A stretch of 63,189 nucleotides of DNA, the filler included, from Octopus bimaculoides (taxonomy: Eukaryota): the NCBI RefSeq assembly GCF_001194135.2. It is 4 parts of 4 records of this genome, joined end to end, with 100 filler letters (N's around TTAATTAATTAA, not from the genome) between each part and the next. Parts side by side here need not be neighbours in the genome. Positions count along the whole stretch, not along the records: positions 1 to 31,512 come from NC_068998.1; 3 more parts are not named here. One strand, 5' to 3'. Below, one piece after another: positions 1 through 10,789 of the stretch (positions are counted from its first letter, which is position 1; each line of letters opens with the position of its first letter). The notes under the pieces were generated by a model. It did no database searches, was not told where the DNA came from, and saw only the letters and a program-made list of their open reading frames with translations. The translations under genes and the position numbers were made by a program.

Positions 1-139
1 TGAGTTCGAATCCCAGACCGGGCTGTATGTTGTGTTCTTGAGCAAGACACTTCATTTCACATTGCCCCAGTCCACTCAGCTGGCAAAAATGAGTAACGCT
101 GAGATGGACTGGCGTCCCGTCCAGCTGGGGAGCACATAC
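1..139 (+). mobile_element. tRNA-derived SINE (family 3), head cut by window edge
   Basis: B-box-like GTTCGAATCCC at 5-15, then CORE-like CTTGAGCAAGACACTT. Related copies at 7840-8095 and 59214-60030. Confidence 0.8.
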
Positions 140-140
140 C

Positions 141-371
141 AAGCATAGCTTTCGACCAGGTAGGAACTGCCTGACTCAGATCTTACAGCACTATGACTGG
201 GTGTTGAGGCAGTTAGTCAACAACTCAAATGTGGGCGCAATATACCTTGACTTTGCAAAAACTTTTGATAAAGTGGATCATGGTATGATATGCCACAAAC
301 TGTGTCATCTAGGCATAGATGGAAAACTTGGAGAGTGGTATCATGACTTTCTGAAAGATAGAAGTCAGAGA
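141..371 (+). mobile_element. CR1/L2-like LINE reverse-transcriptase fragment
   Basis: Open frame KHSFRPGRNCLTQILQHYDW...AIYLDFAKTFDKVDHGMICHKL...WYHDFLKDRSQR matches the non-LTR RT motifs (QHGFR; YLDFxKAFDKVxH). Confidence 0.85.
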
Positions 372-792
372 AAATGGTGAAGAGGAAATTAACCGTGGTG
401 AATGCTTACCAATTCCCAATGGTTGTTATGCACATGTATTTTCATGCATGCATATATACTTATAAGTGAATATGGGTGTGTGCATGTGGGTGCCCATGTA
501 CAAATGTGCATGCTTGTAACAATATAAAACTGTACACAAACCATATGAGCGTGTCCATACACCTATATATATAATTATATATTTGCACATACCGCCCATT
601 CCTACTTCCCCACCAACAACCTGACTGATTTCCTGTCCACCTTGTGGTCAATTTCTTGTTAACCATGCAATATTTTCCAACTAACTGTTGTTGATAAGAT
701 ACCAATATACCACAACACTACGTGACCTTCCCCGACCAATCACAGCCCACCTTACAGTAATAACAACCAACTTCTTTCATTCAAATTCAAAA

Positions 793-832
793 TGGGTGAA
801 GACTAGCATCACGTTTGAAACTCAGAGTACCA
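793..832 (+). ncRNA. Degenerate Penelope-type type-I hammerhead motif
   Basis: TGG-GTGAAGA-(14 nt)-GAAAC-TCAGA-GTA-CCA. Stem I is TGG/CCA, stem III is near-palindromic ACTCAGAGT, AATAAA at 842-847, then (TA)n. C3 is mutated and stem II is poor. Confidence 0.5.
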
Positions 833-1337
833 ACGAATTTCAATAAAACCGTTTTCATCTAAATATATATATATATACGTATGTATAATTATAGATGTGC
901 ACATGTGCATGAATGTGTCCTATAGACATGCATGTGTATATATATGTACATGTATATGCTTATATTTCTAATTTATATACTCTCCCTTTCATATATCTGT
1001 GCAAATTTTGTTTTTATGTGCGAAGATACACACAAGGTTTCTTTTTTTTCTCTCTTTATTTCTTTACTTACATAACAGACAAACAATTTGAAAAATATGA
1101 ATTATGAATGCGACATTATTATGATTTAAAATTCTATCCAGAATAATCCAGCAGAAAATGTCTCACCAACTATATAAACCTACAGCTCTTCAACTTGTAA
1201 TTAATTTGATAAGTATCAATGCACGGAACAATTGGACCTTGAGTCACTCTGTTGCTTCCACTAAATATTAATAAAAATATAATATACTCATATTTTGAGT
1301 AATATTTTCCTGTTTGCATTGCCATACCTGAACATAC

Positions 1338-1745
1338 ATGAATGAAGACAGTTGTATAAAGTGCTGATCACTGAGAGAAGATGGCACCTGTGGAAGAGGG
1401 AGACCCAGGAAGACATGGGATGAAGTGGTGAAGAGTGATCTCAGGATGCCTCATGGAGGAGATGATAATGGACCAAGATGTCTGGTAATATGAAGTTCTT
1501 GAGAAGACCTGTCCACTTCAGCAAAATTGAGTTCCACCCACATGTAACAACAAAACTTTTCCACAAACCAACCTACATCAATCCTTTTACTCTTTTCATG
1601 CGCTATGCTTACCTCTTGCTCCCTAACCTTGTCCCCACTGCCCTGCTCAGTGTGTCATTGTTATCCTGTTGTCCCCCACCCCCACACTCTTTCCATTCAT
1701 GTGAAGTCTTTTAATCCCTACTCATACACCTTTGGCAATACCTTA
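1338..1745 (+). mobile_element. RTE LINE 3' ORF-end and 3' UTR fragment
   Basis: Similar to RTE ORF ends at 2500-2690 and 20560-20720 (GTCGRGRPRKTWDEVV), followed by a pyrimidine-rich UTR. Confidence 0.75.
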
Positions 1746-1747
1746 CC

Positions 1748-1796
<49 letters not shown>

Positions 1797-1797
1797 C

Positions 1798-2098
1798 TTT
1801 TACTTGTTTCAGTCATTTGACTATAGGCATGCTGGGGCACCATGTTAAAGGGTTTTAGTTAAACAAATCAACCCCAGGACTTTTCTTAAAGCCTAGTACT
1901 TATTCTATCTGTCACTTATGCTGAATCGCTAAGTTACAGGAGACATTAAACTGGCTGTGATGGGGGTACAAAAATACACACACACCCACAGATATATACC
2001 AAATCCAATCACAAGGCTATGCTTGGCCTGAGGCTATAACAAAAGACACTTACTGAACCAGTAACCATGTGGTTGGGAAGCTAGCTTGCTACCACAGG
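1798..2098 (-). mobile_element. tRNA-derived SINE (family 1), decayed
   Basis: Reverse complement aligns with the SINE at 14111-14508 (head GCTTCCCAACCACATGG; tail CAAATGACTGAAACAAGTAAAAGA). Confidence 0.8.
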
Positions 2099-2104
2099 AG
2101 GCTC

Positions 2105-3580
2105 TCTTGGGGTAGTAGATAGTTTCTGCTATTTAAGTGACCAAATTAGTAATGGTAGTGGATGCCCTGAAAGTATTGTTTTTAGAATAAGAATGGAGTA
2201 AGTTCAGAGAGCTACTACTTCTATTGGCAACTAAAGGACTCTCTCAGAGTGAAAGGTATATTGTATGATGCTTGTGTAAGAACGGCCTTTATTACATGGT
2301 AGCGAGACATGGAGTCTGACTGCTGAAGACATGTGTAGACTAGAAAGGAATGAAGCTAGTGTGCTCCAGACTTGCAACATCAGTATGCATGACCGACAAA
2401 GCAGTGCTGTGTTGAGAGAAAAGCTAGGTATAAGAGGGATTAAATGTGGCATGCAGGAGAGGAGAATGCATTGGTTTGGACATGTGATGTGTATGAGTAA
2501 AGATAGCTATATACAGAAGTGCCTGTCACTGAAAGCGAATGGTACCTGTGGAAGACGGAAACTCAGGAAGATATGGGATGAAGTGGTGAGGACCGATCTT
2601 AGGATGTTGGGGTTCATGGAGGAAATGACAACAGACCAAGATGTTTGGCAATATAAGGTTCTAGAGAAGAGCTGCCCATGTCAGTGAAACCGAGTGCTAG
2701 AAGTGTTGTGCCCCACCTACATACAACAAACTTTTTACCTACCCTACCCCAAGAAACCAAACTACATCTCCTCTCCTAAACTGCTTCTTTTTTTTTTTCA
2801 CATTTCGTCTTTATAAATTATGATTGTCTCCCAATCCCCTTTCCTACCTTCACTGCTCTGCTCACTGTATTGCTGTTCCTATTTTTCTAACCAGGTTTTT
2901 GCCAGTCACTGCAATCTGCACTCCCTACTTGCACCTTCTTGGCAATACCTGACTGTGTATATTACGACCTCCATACCTCTCTCTTTCCCTACTCTAACAT
3001 CACATCTATGCTCTGATCCTTGTTACTTGTGAGTGTACCTTGGCACTTTGCCATCTCTCTCCTGCTCTTTTACACTTTTGCTGTTTCCTACTTTCTCTTT
3101 CCCTTGCTCCTCCCTCTGGCTGGATAGCCATGTATCTCCTCTACAGCAGCACACCTATTTCTGCCCTCATTCTTGGTCACTCTCTCTTTCCTTCTCTTAT
3201 TTTTCCTCTGACTAGGTAACCCAGTATCTCCTTTACATCAGCACACCTGTTTCTACCCCTTTTCTTGTACCTCCTCAATAGCAAGACACCTATTTCTGTC
3301 ACACTAACCTTTCATCCTCTCACACAAGTTCCCCTCCTGGAATGCCACTGCTGGTGCCATGTAAAACCCATCTAGTCCACACTGTAAAGTGATTGGCATT
3401 TGGAAGGGCATCCAGCTGTAAAAATCATGCCAAAACTAACTTCGTCTGTGCCAGTTGAGGGGTATCCAGCTTGCCAAATGAACACAGTAGACTAGGGTAG
3501 TTTTCTACCTGGTCAGCTCCTGTCAACTGTCCTACACATGCATGCATGGAAGACGGATGTTAAACAATGATGGTGATAAG
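2105..3580 (+). mobile_element. 5'-truncated RTE LINE (long pyrimidine-rich 3' UTR subfamily)
   Basis: ORF 2331-2687 encodes the RTE C-terminus (RLERNEASVL...RRMHWFGHV...GRRKLRKIWDEVV). UTR has repeated TAGCCATGTATCTCCTCTAC units and ends in the shared tail GCATGGAAGACGGATGTTAAACAATGAT. Confidence 0.85.
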
Positions 3581-3856
3581 GATATATGTGTGTGTGTATA
3601 TATATGCAATTTTATTTATTATTCTATTATGTCTGGGGAGAGTCATTCTGTTTTAATGCCTTATTAACTAACAAACTCACCGGTTCGATTTCCGTTCATT
3701 TTTTCTAAAATTATTGTTACTTCTTGCAACCTCTTCAATAGTATATATATATTCTTAGCTGCAATAGCGACAACATGGATTTCTTCTATCTTCTTGCTTT
3801 GTTAAAGTATTTGAGTAAAATTCTATTAATGTGTCCGACTGATTAAAATTCTATTT

Positions 3857-3944
3857 GTGCAGCAGATGATAGCCCTACATTTAAACTGATGTAATGATTG
3901 CATTGTTCAGTTGAATGGAGCTGCCTGAAACGGTCGTACTGCAT
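3857..3944 (+). ncRNA. Type-I hammerhead motif with extended stem II, in a (TA)n-flanked element (~3600-4020)
   Basis: GTGCAG-CAGATGA-[long hairpin incl. AACTGA/TCAGTT]-GAAAC-GGTC-GTA-CTGCAT. 6-bp stem I, ACG/CGT stem III, GUA site; U4 is mutated to A. Confidence 0.65.
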
Positions 3945-4035
3945 CACTTCTTGATATACTGTTGCTTATTTTGATTATATATATATATAGCAATGTTAAT
4001 TCTCTAAATGAAGTATATATATATANNNNNNNNNN

Positions 4036-4072
<37 letters not shown>

Positions 4073-4074
<2 letters not shown>

Positions 4075-5177
4075 AGGATAAGTCAAAAGTTGTACTCACT
4101 TGTTTCCATAATTTATTAAAACAAAAACAAGGGTTAAACAATTATATCACTTTTTGACAGCCTTCTTGATTTTCAATGTACTTCTTCAAGGGTCCATAAG
4201 CTTACTTATTCCATAAGAGAAGAATGTTAATGGCTAGTCGTGTAGCCATTTAAGCACAACTTCCTAAATTTCTGTCTGTAGCAAACTGATGATCTTGTAA
4301 AGAAAGTTTGAGTGGTCCAAAGAGGTGGTAGTTGGAAAGGGCATGATCTGGACTGTAAGCAGGATGTTCCAGCAACTCAAAACCCAATTTTTGAAAGGTT
4401 TCAGAGGTGTGGGTGGCCATGCATTGTTGTGTAACAATAATACTTACTTTGACTATAGACTTGAACTTTGGTGTGAATTTCTGGTTTCATTTTGTTGGCC
4501 AACATTTGACTGTAGCCAACAATGATGACTGTAGACTCCTTCTCCAGCTAATGTTCCAGTATAAGCTCTTTTGCATCCCAAAAAACAGTTAGCATTACTT
4601 TTTCTATGGAATGTTGAATCCTGAATTTCAATTCCATTCTCTGCTTTTTGAATTCTGGTTTGGTGTGAGCCCAGGTCTCTTCTCTTCAGACTATTTGCTC
4701 CAAAGAAACTTCATCTTCATTGCTGCAGTGGTCAAGTAAGCACTGACAGGTTTCCACACAACTATGCTTATGCACTTAAGTAAGCTCTCTTGGCACCCAT
4801 TTTGCACAGGCTTTAGAAAGGCAAAGCTTGTCATGGATGATTGCATATGCAGAGCCATGATTAATTTGCAGAGCACAAGCGACCTCATCAATGGTTACTT
4901 GTCAGGTCACCAGAACCATTTCTTGAGCACGTTGAATCTTCACATCAGTGGTAGAGGTTGATGGCCATCCTGCTCCCTCTTTCTACTTCAAGCTTGTCTG
5001 GCCATTTTTGAACTTTTCAATGCACTCATACATATATCTATGCAGTGTAAGTGTTGACTCCTTTCTTTCATTATGTAACCACAAGAGTACAACTTTTTCG
5101 CATGCAAGCACTGAAGGCAGTGCAACCAACCTAAAGAAATTTGGCAAAAGTGAGGATAAATTTTGACTTCTCCTTCG
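4073..5177 (-). mobile_element. Tc1/mariner DNA transposon, decayed
   Basis: Imperfect ~30-bp TIRs (CAAGGATAAGTCAAAAGTTGTACTCACTT vs rc CGAAGGAGAAGTCAAAATTTATCCTCACTT), TA at 5178-5179. Minus-strand fragments resemble mariner transposase (LLLHNNAWP ~ LLHDNARPH; FFSYGISKL). Confidence 0.8.
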
Positions 5178-5746
5178 TATATGTGTGTGTTTTTATTAAT
5201 GTCTGAACTTATGACATTACAACACAAGTTACCACCCTTATACTACTATCATTCCAGTTTAAACTTTTGAAATGACGTACGACTTCTCGTCGTCATTGTT
5301 ATATCTGAATTCTTATAATATCAAACGTTCCTGATATCCAACTGTGTATCTTCAACAAGCACTCCTCAATATCTCTATTCAATAATTCCTACGACCTGTA
5401 CAATATATGACTGTGCATATGACACTCTTCGCAGACTGTTTTGTGCATGCTCATTTATACGAACTAGTATAGTTCACTTAGCCAATCACAGGGGTGTACA
5501 GATTCCACATACAACAACTTTTGATCAGTTTTTTTTTATCTCTTTGTCTACCATTTACTCTATTAAATCAGAGACATTCATTATATTCAGATATTATTCA
5601 AAATGTTTTATTTAACATAGTTACTGCTTTCATTATTTTGTGTTATTCAACAGGCAGAAAAGCAAAACTTTAAGTAACAACTGATTAAAAGAATTGGCTT
5701 AAAATTTATATTTATACACACACACGTGTACGTGCATTAGTTCCAG

Positions 5747-5856
5747 TTATTCAATAATATATGATGCAAATCTATCTGCAATGGACAGCCGTACGACCAG
5801 TGTTCGTGGAGATTTTCTGTTCTTCATGCAGGTGAGAGTTCCAGTCAAGATATCAT
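5747..5856 (-). CDS. PRMT3: PRMT3-like, last coding exon
   Basis: Acceptor ttttctag, phase 1; (D)DILTGTLTCMKNRKSPRTLVVRLSIADRFASYIIE then TAA. Short C-terminus resembles PRMT3 (KNKKDPRSL) rather than PRMT1. Candidate AATAAA at 5607-5612 (minus). Confidence 0.85.
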
Positions 5857-5952
5857 CTAGAAAACAAATAAAATATATGAATATATGCAAATGATAAAGC
5901 AACAGTTAAAGAAAAATTTCAGAGTTTTATCTACTTGAGAACATCAATATCA

Positions 5953-6132
<180 letters not shown>

Positions 6133-6877
6133 CTAATCTTTTTCTAAGTAATAAATGAAGGGCAGATAAACCTTTCACTGGATGAAATACAAGTCTACTG
6201 CAGAGCACTAGATTTATCACAGCACATAGTGGTTAGAATGTATAAATAATTTTAAAACACGAATAGTATCAGGAGATAAGATATAAAGCACCAACATTCT
6301 AGATGGTTATCTAACCAAGTCAACCATTTGAACTCACATGTTTATAACTACAAACATTTTAAGGCTATTTATCCTGCTAAAGCAGAGGCTAACCATTTTG
6401 TCGTATCTTTCATACCTGCTTTCATTAATCTTTTTGCTCCCATTTCCTCCTACATTTAGCTGTCTTTCTTAGCTTTTCCCTTCCTTAAAGTACCATATTT
6501 AATTCTATTGCTCCTTTTTCCAAATCACTTTCATCCTTCCTCAGCACACGACCAAACTATTCTTATCCCATCCCATTTCTCTTCATAACATTCTATAATT
6601 TATTGTTTGTAACTTTTCCCTCAATGATACTTTGCCCAGTTACCAAACTATTCTCATTTCTGTGTTTTCAAGTACTCTCTGCTATTCCACTTCATTATTC
6701 ATGTTGTACTCCTGTAAATCTTAGTACTTTTCAGACATGCAGCATACACCTCTCCTTTCAGTTTCAGTGACTTCACTGCTAATTAGTATGTCATTCACTT
6801 CTTAAAACTTCTTCCATATACATTTCACTCAAGTCACCATCACTAATCTTAATCCAACTTCACTCAACATGTATCAT

Positions 6878-6945
6878 CAACATCATCATTTTAGTGTGCT
6901 TACTACATGCTGGTATGGGTTGGACAAGACTTATTGAGACAGTAT
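6878..6945 (-). mobile_element. Very short RTE-tail insertion
   Basis: rc of the shared tail (CCAACCCATACCAGCATG...AAAATGATGAT). Confidence 0.6.
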
Positions 6946-6989
6946 TCTATAGCCATATGCTCTTCTTGACATTAATCCATACATATTTT

Positions 6990-7075
6990 CATATATTTAT
7001 TGCCAATAGGGGCTAAACAAGGACAGACAAAGGGATTAAATCAATTACATCGACCCCAGTGTGTAACTGGTACTT
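6990..7075 (-). mobile_element. SINE family 2, 3' fragment
   Basis: rc AGTACCAGTTACACACTGGGGTCGATGTAATTGA matches the 3' half of copies at 52430-52910. Confidence 0.6.
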
Positions 7076-7577
7076 TTCATATAAGCTGTCAGACTTATAT
7101 GGGTATAAACATATTACCAATACCAAGACAATGTCAGTGTGAAGTTACATGTAAAATTCCTTTTTCAGTGCCCCCAAGAATGGTGGGGTGAAAGTATCTG
7201 CATAACCAGTTAACCAGTTTAATATAATCTCTCAAAGGCAACATTGAAGAACAGGAACAATCCTACTGACAAACTTGTACAAAACTTCCATCTATCAAAT
7301 TCTATTCACATGGCTACAGTCAACCCACAGGGTCATACATTGGCTAAGCTTGGCATTGTGACCTAATGAAAATGTTTTATCAATTTCATAGGGCAGTTAT
7401 TATTTATAATGGTGAACTGTTGTTCTACTTTCTAATATTTACTTAGAATCAAGAGAATGTAAACTCTGATGCCTCAGTTGTTTGTTCAAATTAAATATCT
7501 ACAGTTTCCTTCTTCAGCAGCAAGATTATAATTAATAACTGAAGGTATAAAATACAGCTATATACTATAATACTTAC

Positions 7578-7715
7578 AGGGTTCATGTTAGGTCCATCAA
7601 AAATAACATCAAAGTAGCCCACCAATGCTGTGATAAAGCCATCTTCTGTAATAGTTAAACTCACTGGCACAGTGTAGTCAAGCTCTTTTAAAGTAATTTG
7701 ACTGATATCAAACAT
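7578..7715 (-). CDS. PRMT3: PRMT3-like exon (beta-barrel)
   Basis: ataatgcag|MFDISQITLKELDY...ITALVGYFDVIFDGPNMNP|gtaagt; 138 nt, phase 0/0. AxxGYFD motif of type I PRMTs. Confidence 0.9.
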
Positions 7716-7839
7716 CTGCATTATAAAAAGAACAGAAGTTTATTAACATTGACCGACATATTTGAGGAGTTGCATACAAAAATACTTTTGAACAAAGTTA
7801 TTTATTAGGAAACAATAATTTTAACATATATGTGTGTGT

Positions 7840-8094
7840 GAAGCCACGTGGCCCAGTGCTTAGGCTGCTGTACTCATGATCACGAAATTGTGGGTTTGAT
7901 TCCCAGACTGGATAGTATGTTGTGTTCTTGAGCAAAACCCTTCACTTCACGTTGTCCAAGTACCCCTTTAAATCAGGGGGGAATACTGGACTATTTGTTT
8001 AGCTAGCAGAGTGGCAACATTCGAAGGCTAAAACAATGCAAAACACATTATGACCAGTGAGGTGTAACAACATCTGATAGTCTGGGCAGTTATA

Positions 8095-8095
<1 letters not shown>
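7840..8095 (+). mobile_element. tRNA-derived SINE (family 3)
   Basis: A-box-like TGGCCCAGTGCTTAGG, B-box-like GTTTGATTCCC, then TGTTGTGTTCTTGAGCAAAAC as at 1-60. Confidence 0.75.
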
Positions 8096-8135
<40 letters not shown>

Positions 8136-8764
8136 AGAAAGAGAGAGATATGAACACATACACACACACTATAATGGAGAAAGCTGCTTTTCAAGATTTT
8201 GCAATTTCCTATTTCAATACATTTTTTTTTTATTATCAGAATATGTTTTTGAAGTTGCTTTTAATACTGAAAATTTCAACTACATGCTTTTAAGAAATCA
8301 CAATTCTATTCACTGCAATGTCTTACATTTATATCCCTTTTCTTCTATTTTTTTCCTAGCAACACTCTCTCTCTTTCCACCTCTTCTTTGTTTATTGCCT
8401 CTATTTCTGTATCCATATGACTTTATCTTTGTCAGTCTTATTCTCTTCCTTCATTTTTTTTCAATGACTCTCTCCATTTATTGTATATCTATTTATCTTA
8501 ATCAAAATTACATAGAAATTTCATATTTAAAGTTTCATTCAGTTATACATGAATGTGTATAATACAATATGCATACTGCACTATTTGTTTCCATATTGGA
8601 ATTTTTCAATTCAGTATACAATGTTCATCTTGCCCCTACACACTCTGTTAGTTTCATTTTCTCCCCACCCTCTATCTTTCTTGTTTCCTGTCTGCCTCAC
8701 TCTCACCCTCTACTGCCATTATTCAGTTGTATGATCGTATAGATAGATTTTAATATTAATAACC

Positions 8765-9012
8765 TGTGCTGGTTCCATGTTAAGTGCACTTGTGTAGGTG
8801 CCATGTGAAAATCACCTATACTGGTGCCTATGGTACACAAAAAAGCACCCAGTATACATTATAAAATGGTTGGTGTTAGGAAAGGGCATCCAACTGAAGA
8901 AACCATGCCAAAACAGACAACTGGAACGTGGTGCAGCTCTCAAGCTGGCCAGTTCCTGTCAAACCATCTAACTTAAGCCAGCATGGAAAATGGATATTAA
9001 ATGATGATGATG
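8765..9012 (+). mobile_element. RTE-tail insertion
   Basis: Reiterated GGTGC..AAAAAGCACC module, then TTGGTGTTAGGAAAGGGCATCC...GCCAGCATGGAAAATGGATATTAAATGATGATGAT. Confidence 0.8.
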
Positions 9013-9369
9013 GTATCAATGAACAATATTGCAGAGGAAATAATAAGTTATATAATCACATGAGTTCAAAGCTACAAGTTTTTCAATAAGATATTTTCAA
9101 ATACACATGAGGTGATAAACCAACATAATAGCTGATTTCTTCATGAATTTTTACAATTTTTTTGTGTGCAAGCAATTAGTGTCATTTTATTGAGTGAATG
9201 CTATAAGATGAATAAAAGATACAAAAGGAAATTGGACATATCAGAAAAAGTACTCAAACTAGGAATCAAATGTTGAAATATTATTTAGCAGAAAGCTGTC
9301 CTTCTGGAATTTGTTAAATGAACATTTTTTAATAAAATGAAATCTTCCAGAGATACTGGCATAATTTGG

Positions 9370-9828
9370 GATCCCAACTCGAAAAAATTCTCTCTTTCCC
9401 ACTCCGTCTGTCTCCATCTTTCTCTCTGACTATTTCTCTTCTTTCTTTCCCTACTGGGATAGCCAAGTATCTCCTCTATAGTAAGATACCTGTTTCTATT
9501 CTATTCCTCTGCTATACTTTAACTTCTCAACCAGTACTCAAGCACAATGTTACCTCCTTCAGTACCATGACCTCTCCTAGCCAAGGAGTCGTTGCAAGTT
9601 ACTCAACGACCATGCTGGTGTCATGTAAAAAGCACCAATGTTGGTGCTACATAAAAAGCACCTAGAACATGCTGTAAAGTGGTTAGTGTTAGAAAAGGGC
9701 ATTCAACCATAGAAACCATACTAAAGCAGACAATGAAACCTGGTGCAATTGTATGGCTTGCCAGCTTCTGTAAACCATCCAATACATGCCAGCATAGAAA
9801 ACAGATGTTAATTGATGATGATGATGGT
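9370..9828 (+). mobile_element. RTE 3' UTR fragment (pyrimidine-rich subfamily)
   Basis: GATAGCCAAGTATCTCCTCTATAG unit as at 3120-3300, shared tail ending (GAT)n. Confidence 0.75.
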
Positions 9829-10404
9829 TGTTTGATCTGCCACAGGCCTTAGAATATACCCATATGGTTCCTGCTATTTCTAGCACACTAAACAAGAATA
9901 AAATAATAAAATTAATATTTAGCAACAGAGCTGTTAGATGAATAAAAAATACAAAAGAAAATTAGATGAAACATCAGAAAAATTACTCAAACTGGGAGTC
10001 AAATGTGAAAATATTAAACGACTTGCAGAAAACTACTCAGCAGGCAGTCTTCCTACAGTATGTACATACACACACAGTAATGCTACTCAGATTTTTCTGT
10101 TACTATCACAATTCTAGGTGAATGATAGGTTTGCTTTCCAAAGGTAAAAAAATTTTGGTTATTTACCATTGGTCAGTTGGTTGGGTTTAACAGCTTCTAG
10201 GATGAGTGTAGATCAAAGTTAATGGATAAAGGAGTTTATATACATTATATGCAATTACAGCAACTTTATTAACTATTAAAAAAAGAAATAATAATATGAG
10301 GAGTTAGTAAAGTCGGTGTGCACAAAAACTCATATATAGTCCTATTAGAAGGAGTCTTCACATAGCCAGCTGTAACAGATGTTTTCCTGGGACTAAAAAA
10401 GTTA

Positions 10405-10789
10405 GTAACACTGTCCTAATCATGACTGCCACTTTACGTTGGCAAATAAACTTTGCTCTGTAATACTGTTACTACTTATTTCTGGCTAAGAAATTTAGAA
10501 ATAAGTGATTTTTATCCTTACTTGGTCAGTGATTGTGTGTCACTTAAAAAATATATACCTCGAACAAGACCTAGTGCTGCAATCTCTAGAGAAAGGTTAT
10601 CAGGTGCTGATGAAGAGAAATAACCTAGAAACCATTGGTGCACGGGAACATTACACCTCCCTAAACAGGACTGCCACAGTAGATTGGCAACTAGACTTTA
10701 CTCTGTAGTAATGTTACTACTTATTTTTCGCTAGAGATTTAAAACTAATTGTATTTTCTCCTTATGAGATCAGTGACTGTGTGTCACTA
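10405..10789 (+). repeat. ~245-bp tandem unit (copy 1 and 5' part of copy 2) carrying a hammerhead motif
   Basis: GACTGCCAC at 10424 and 10669; GTGTCAC at 10537 and 10781. Copy 2 resumes at 12413-12481 after the Helitron. Confidence 0.85.
10601..10646 (+). ncRNA. Type-I hammerhead motif in the tandem unit
   Basis: CAGGTG-CTGATGA-AGAGAAATAACCTA-GAAAC-CATTG-GTG-CACGGG. Intact core, ACC/GGT stem III, GTG/CAC stem I. Copy-2 arm CTTGTG (12468-12473) would pair 6 bp with CACGGG. N17 is G and stem II is imperfect. Confidence 0.6.

Noticed and set aside
7500-7520. CTGAAGA-AG-GAAAC (minus) and CTGATGAAGCC at ~39905 (minus)
   Set aside because: The first lacks stem II and the second lacks GAAA; chance matches.
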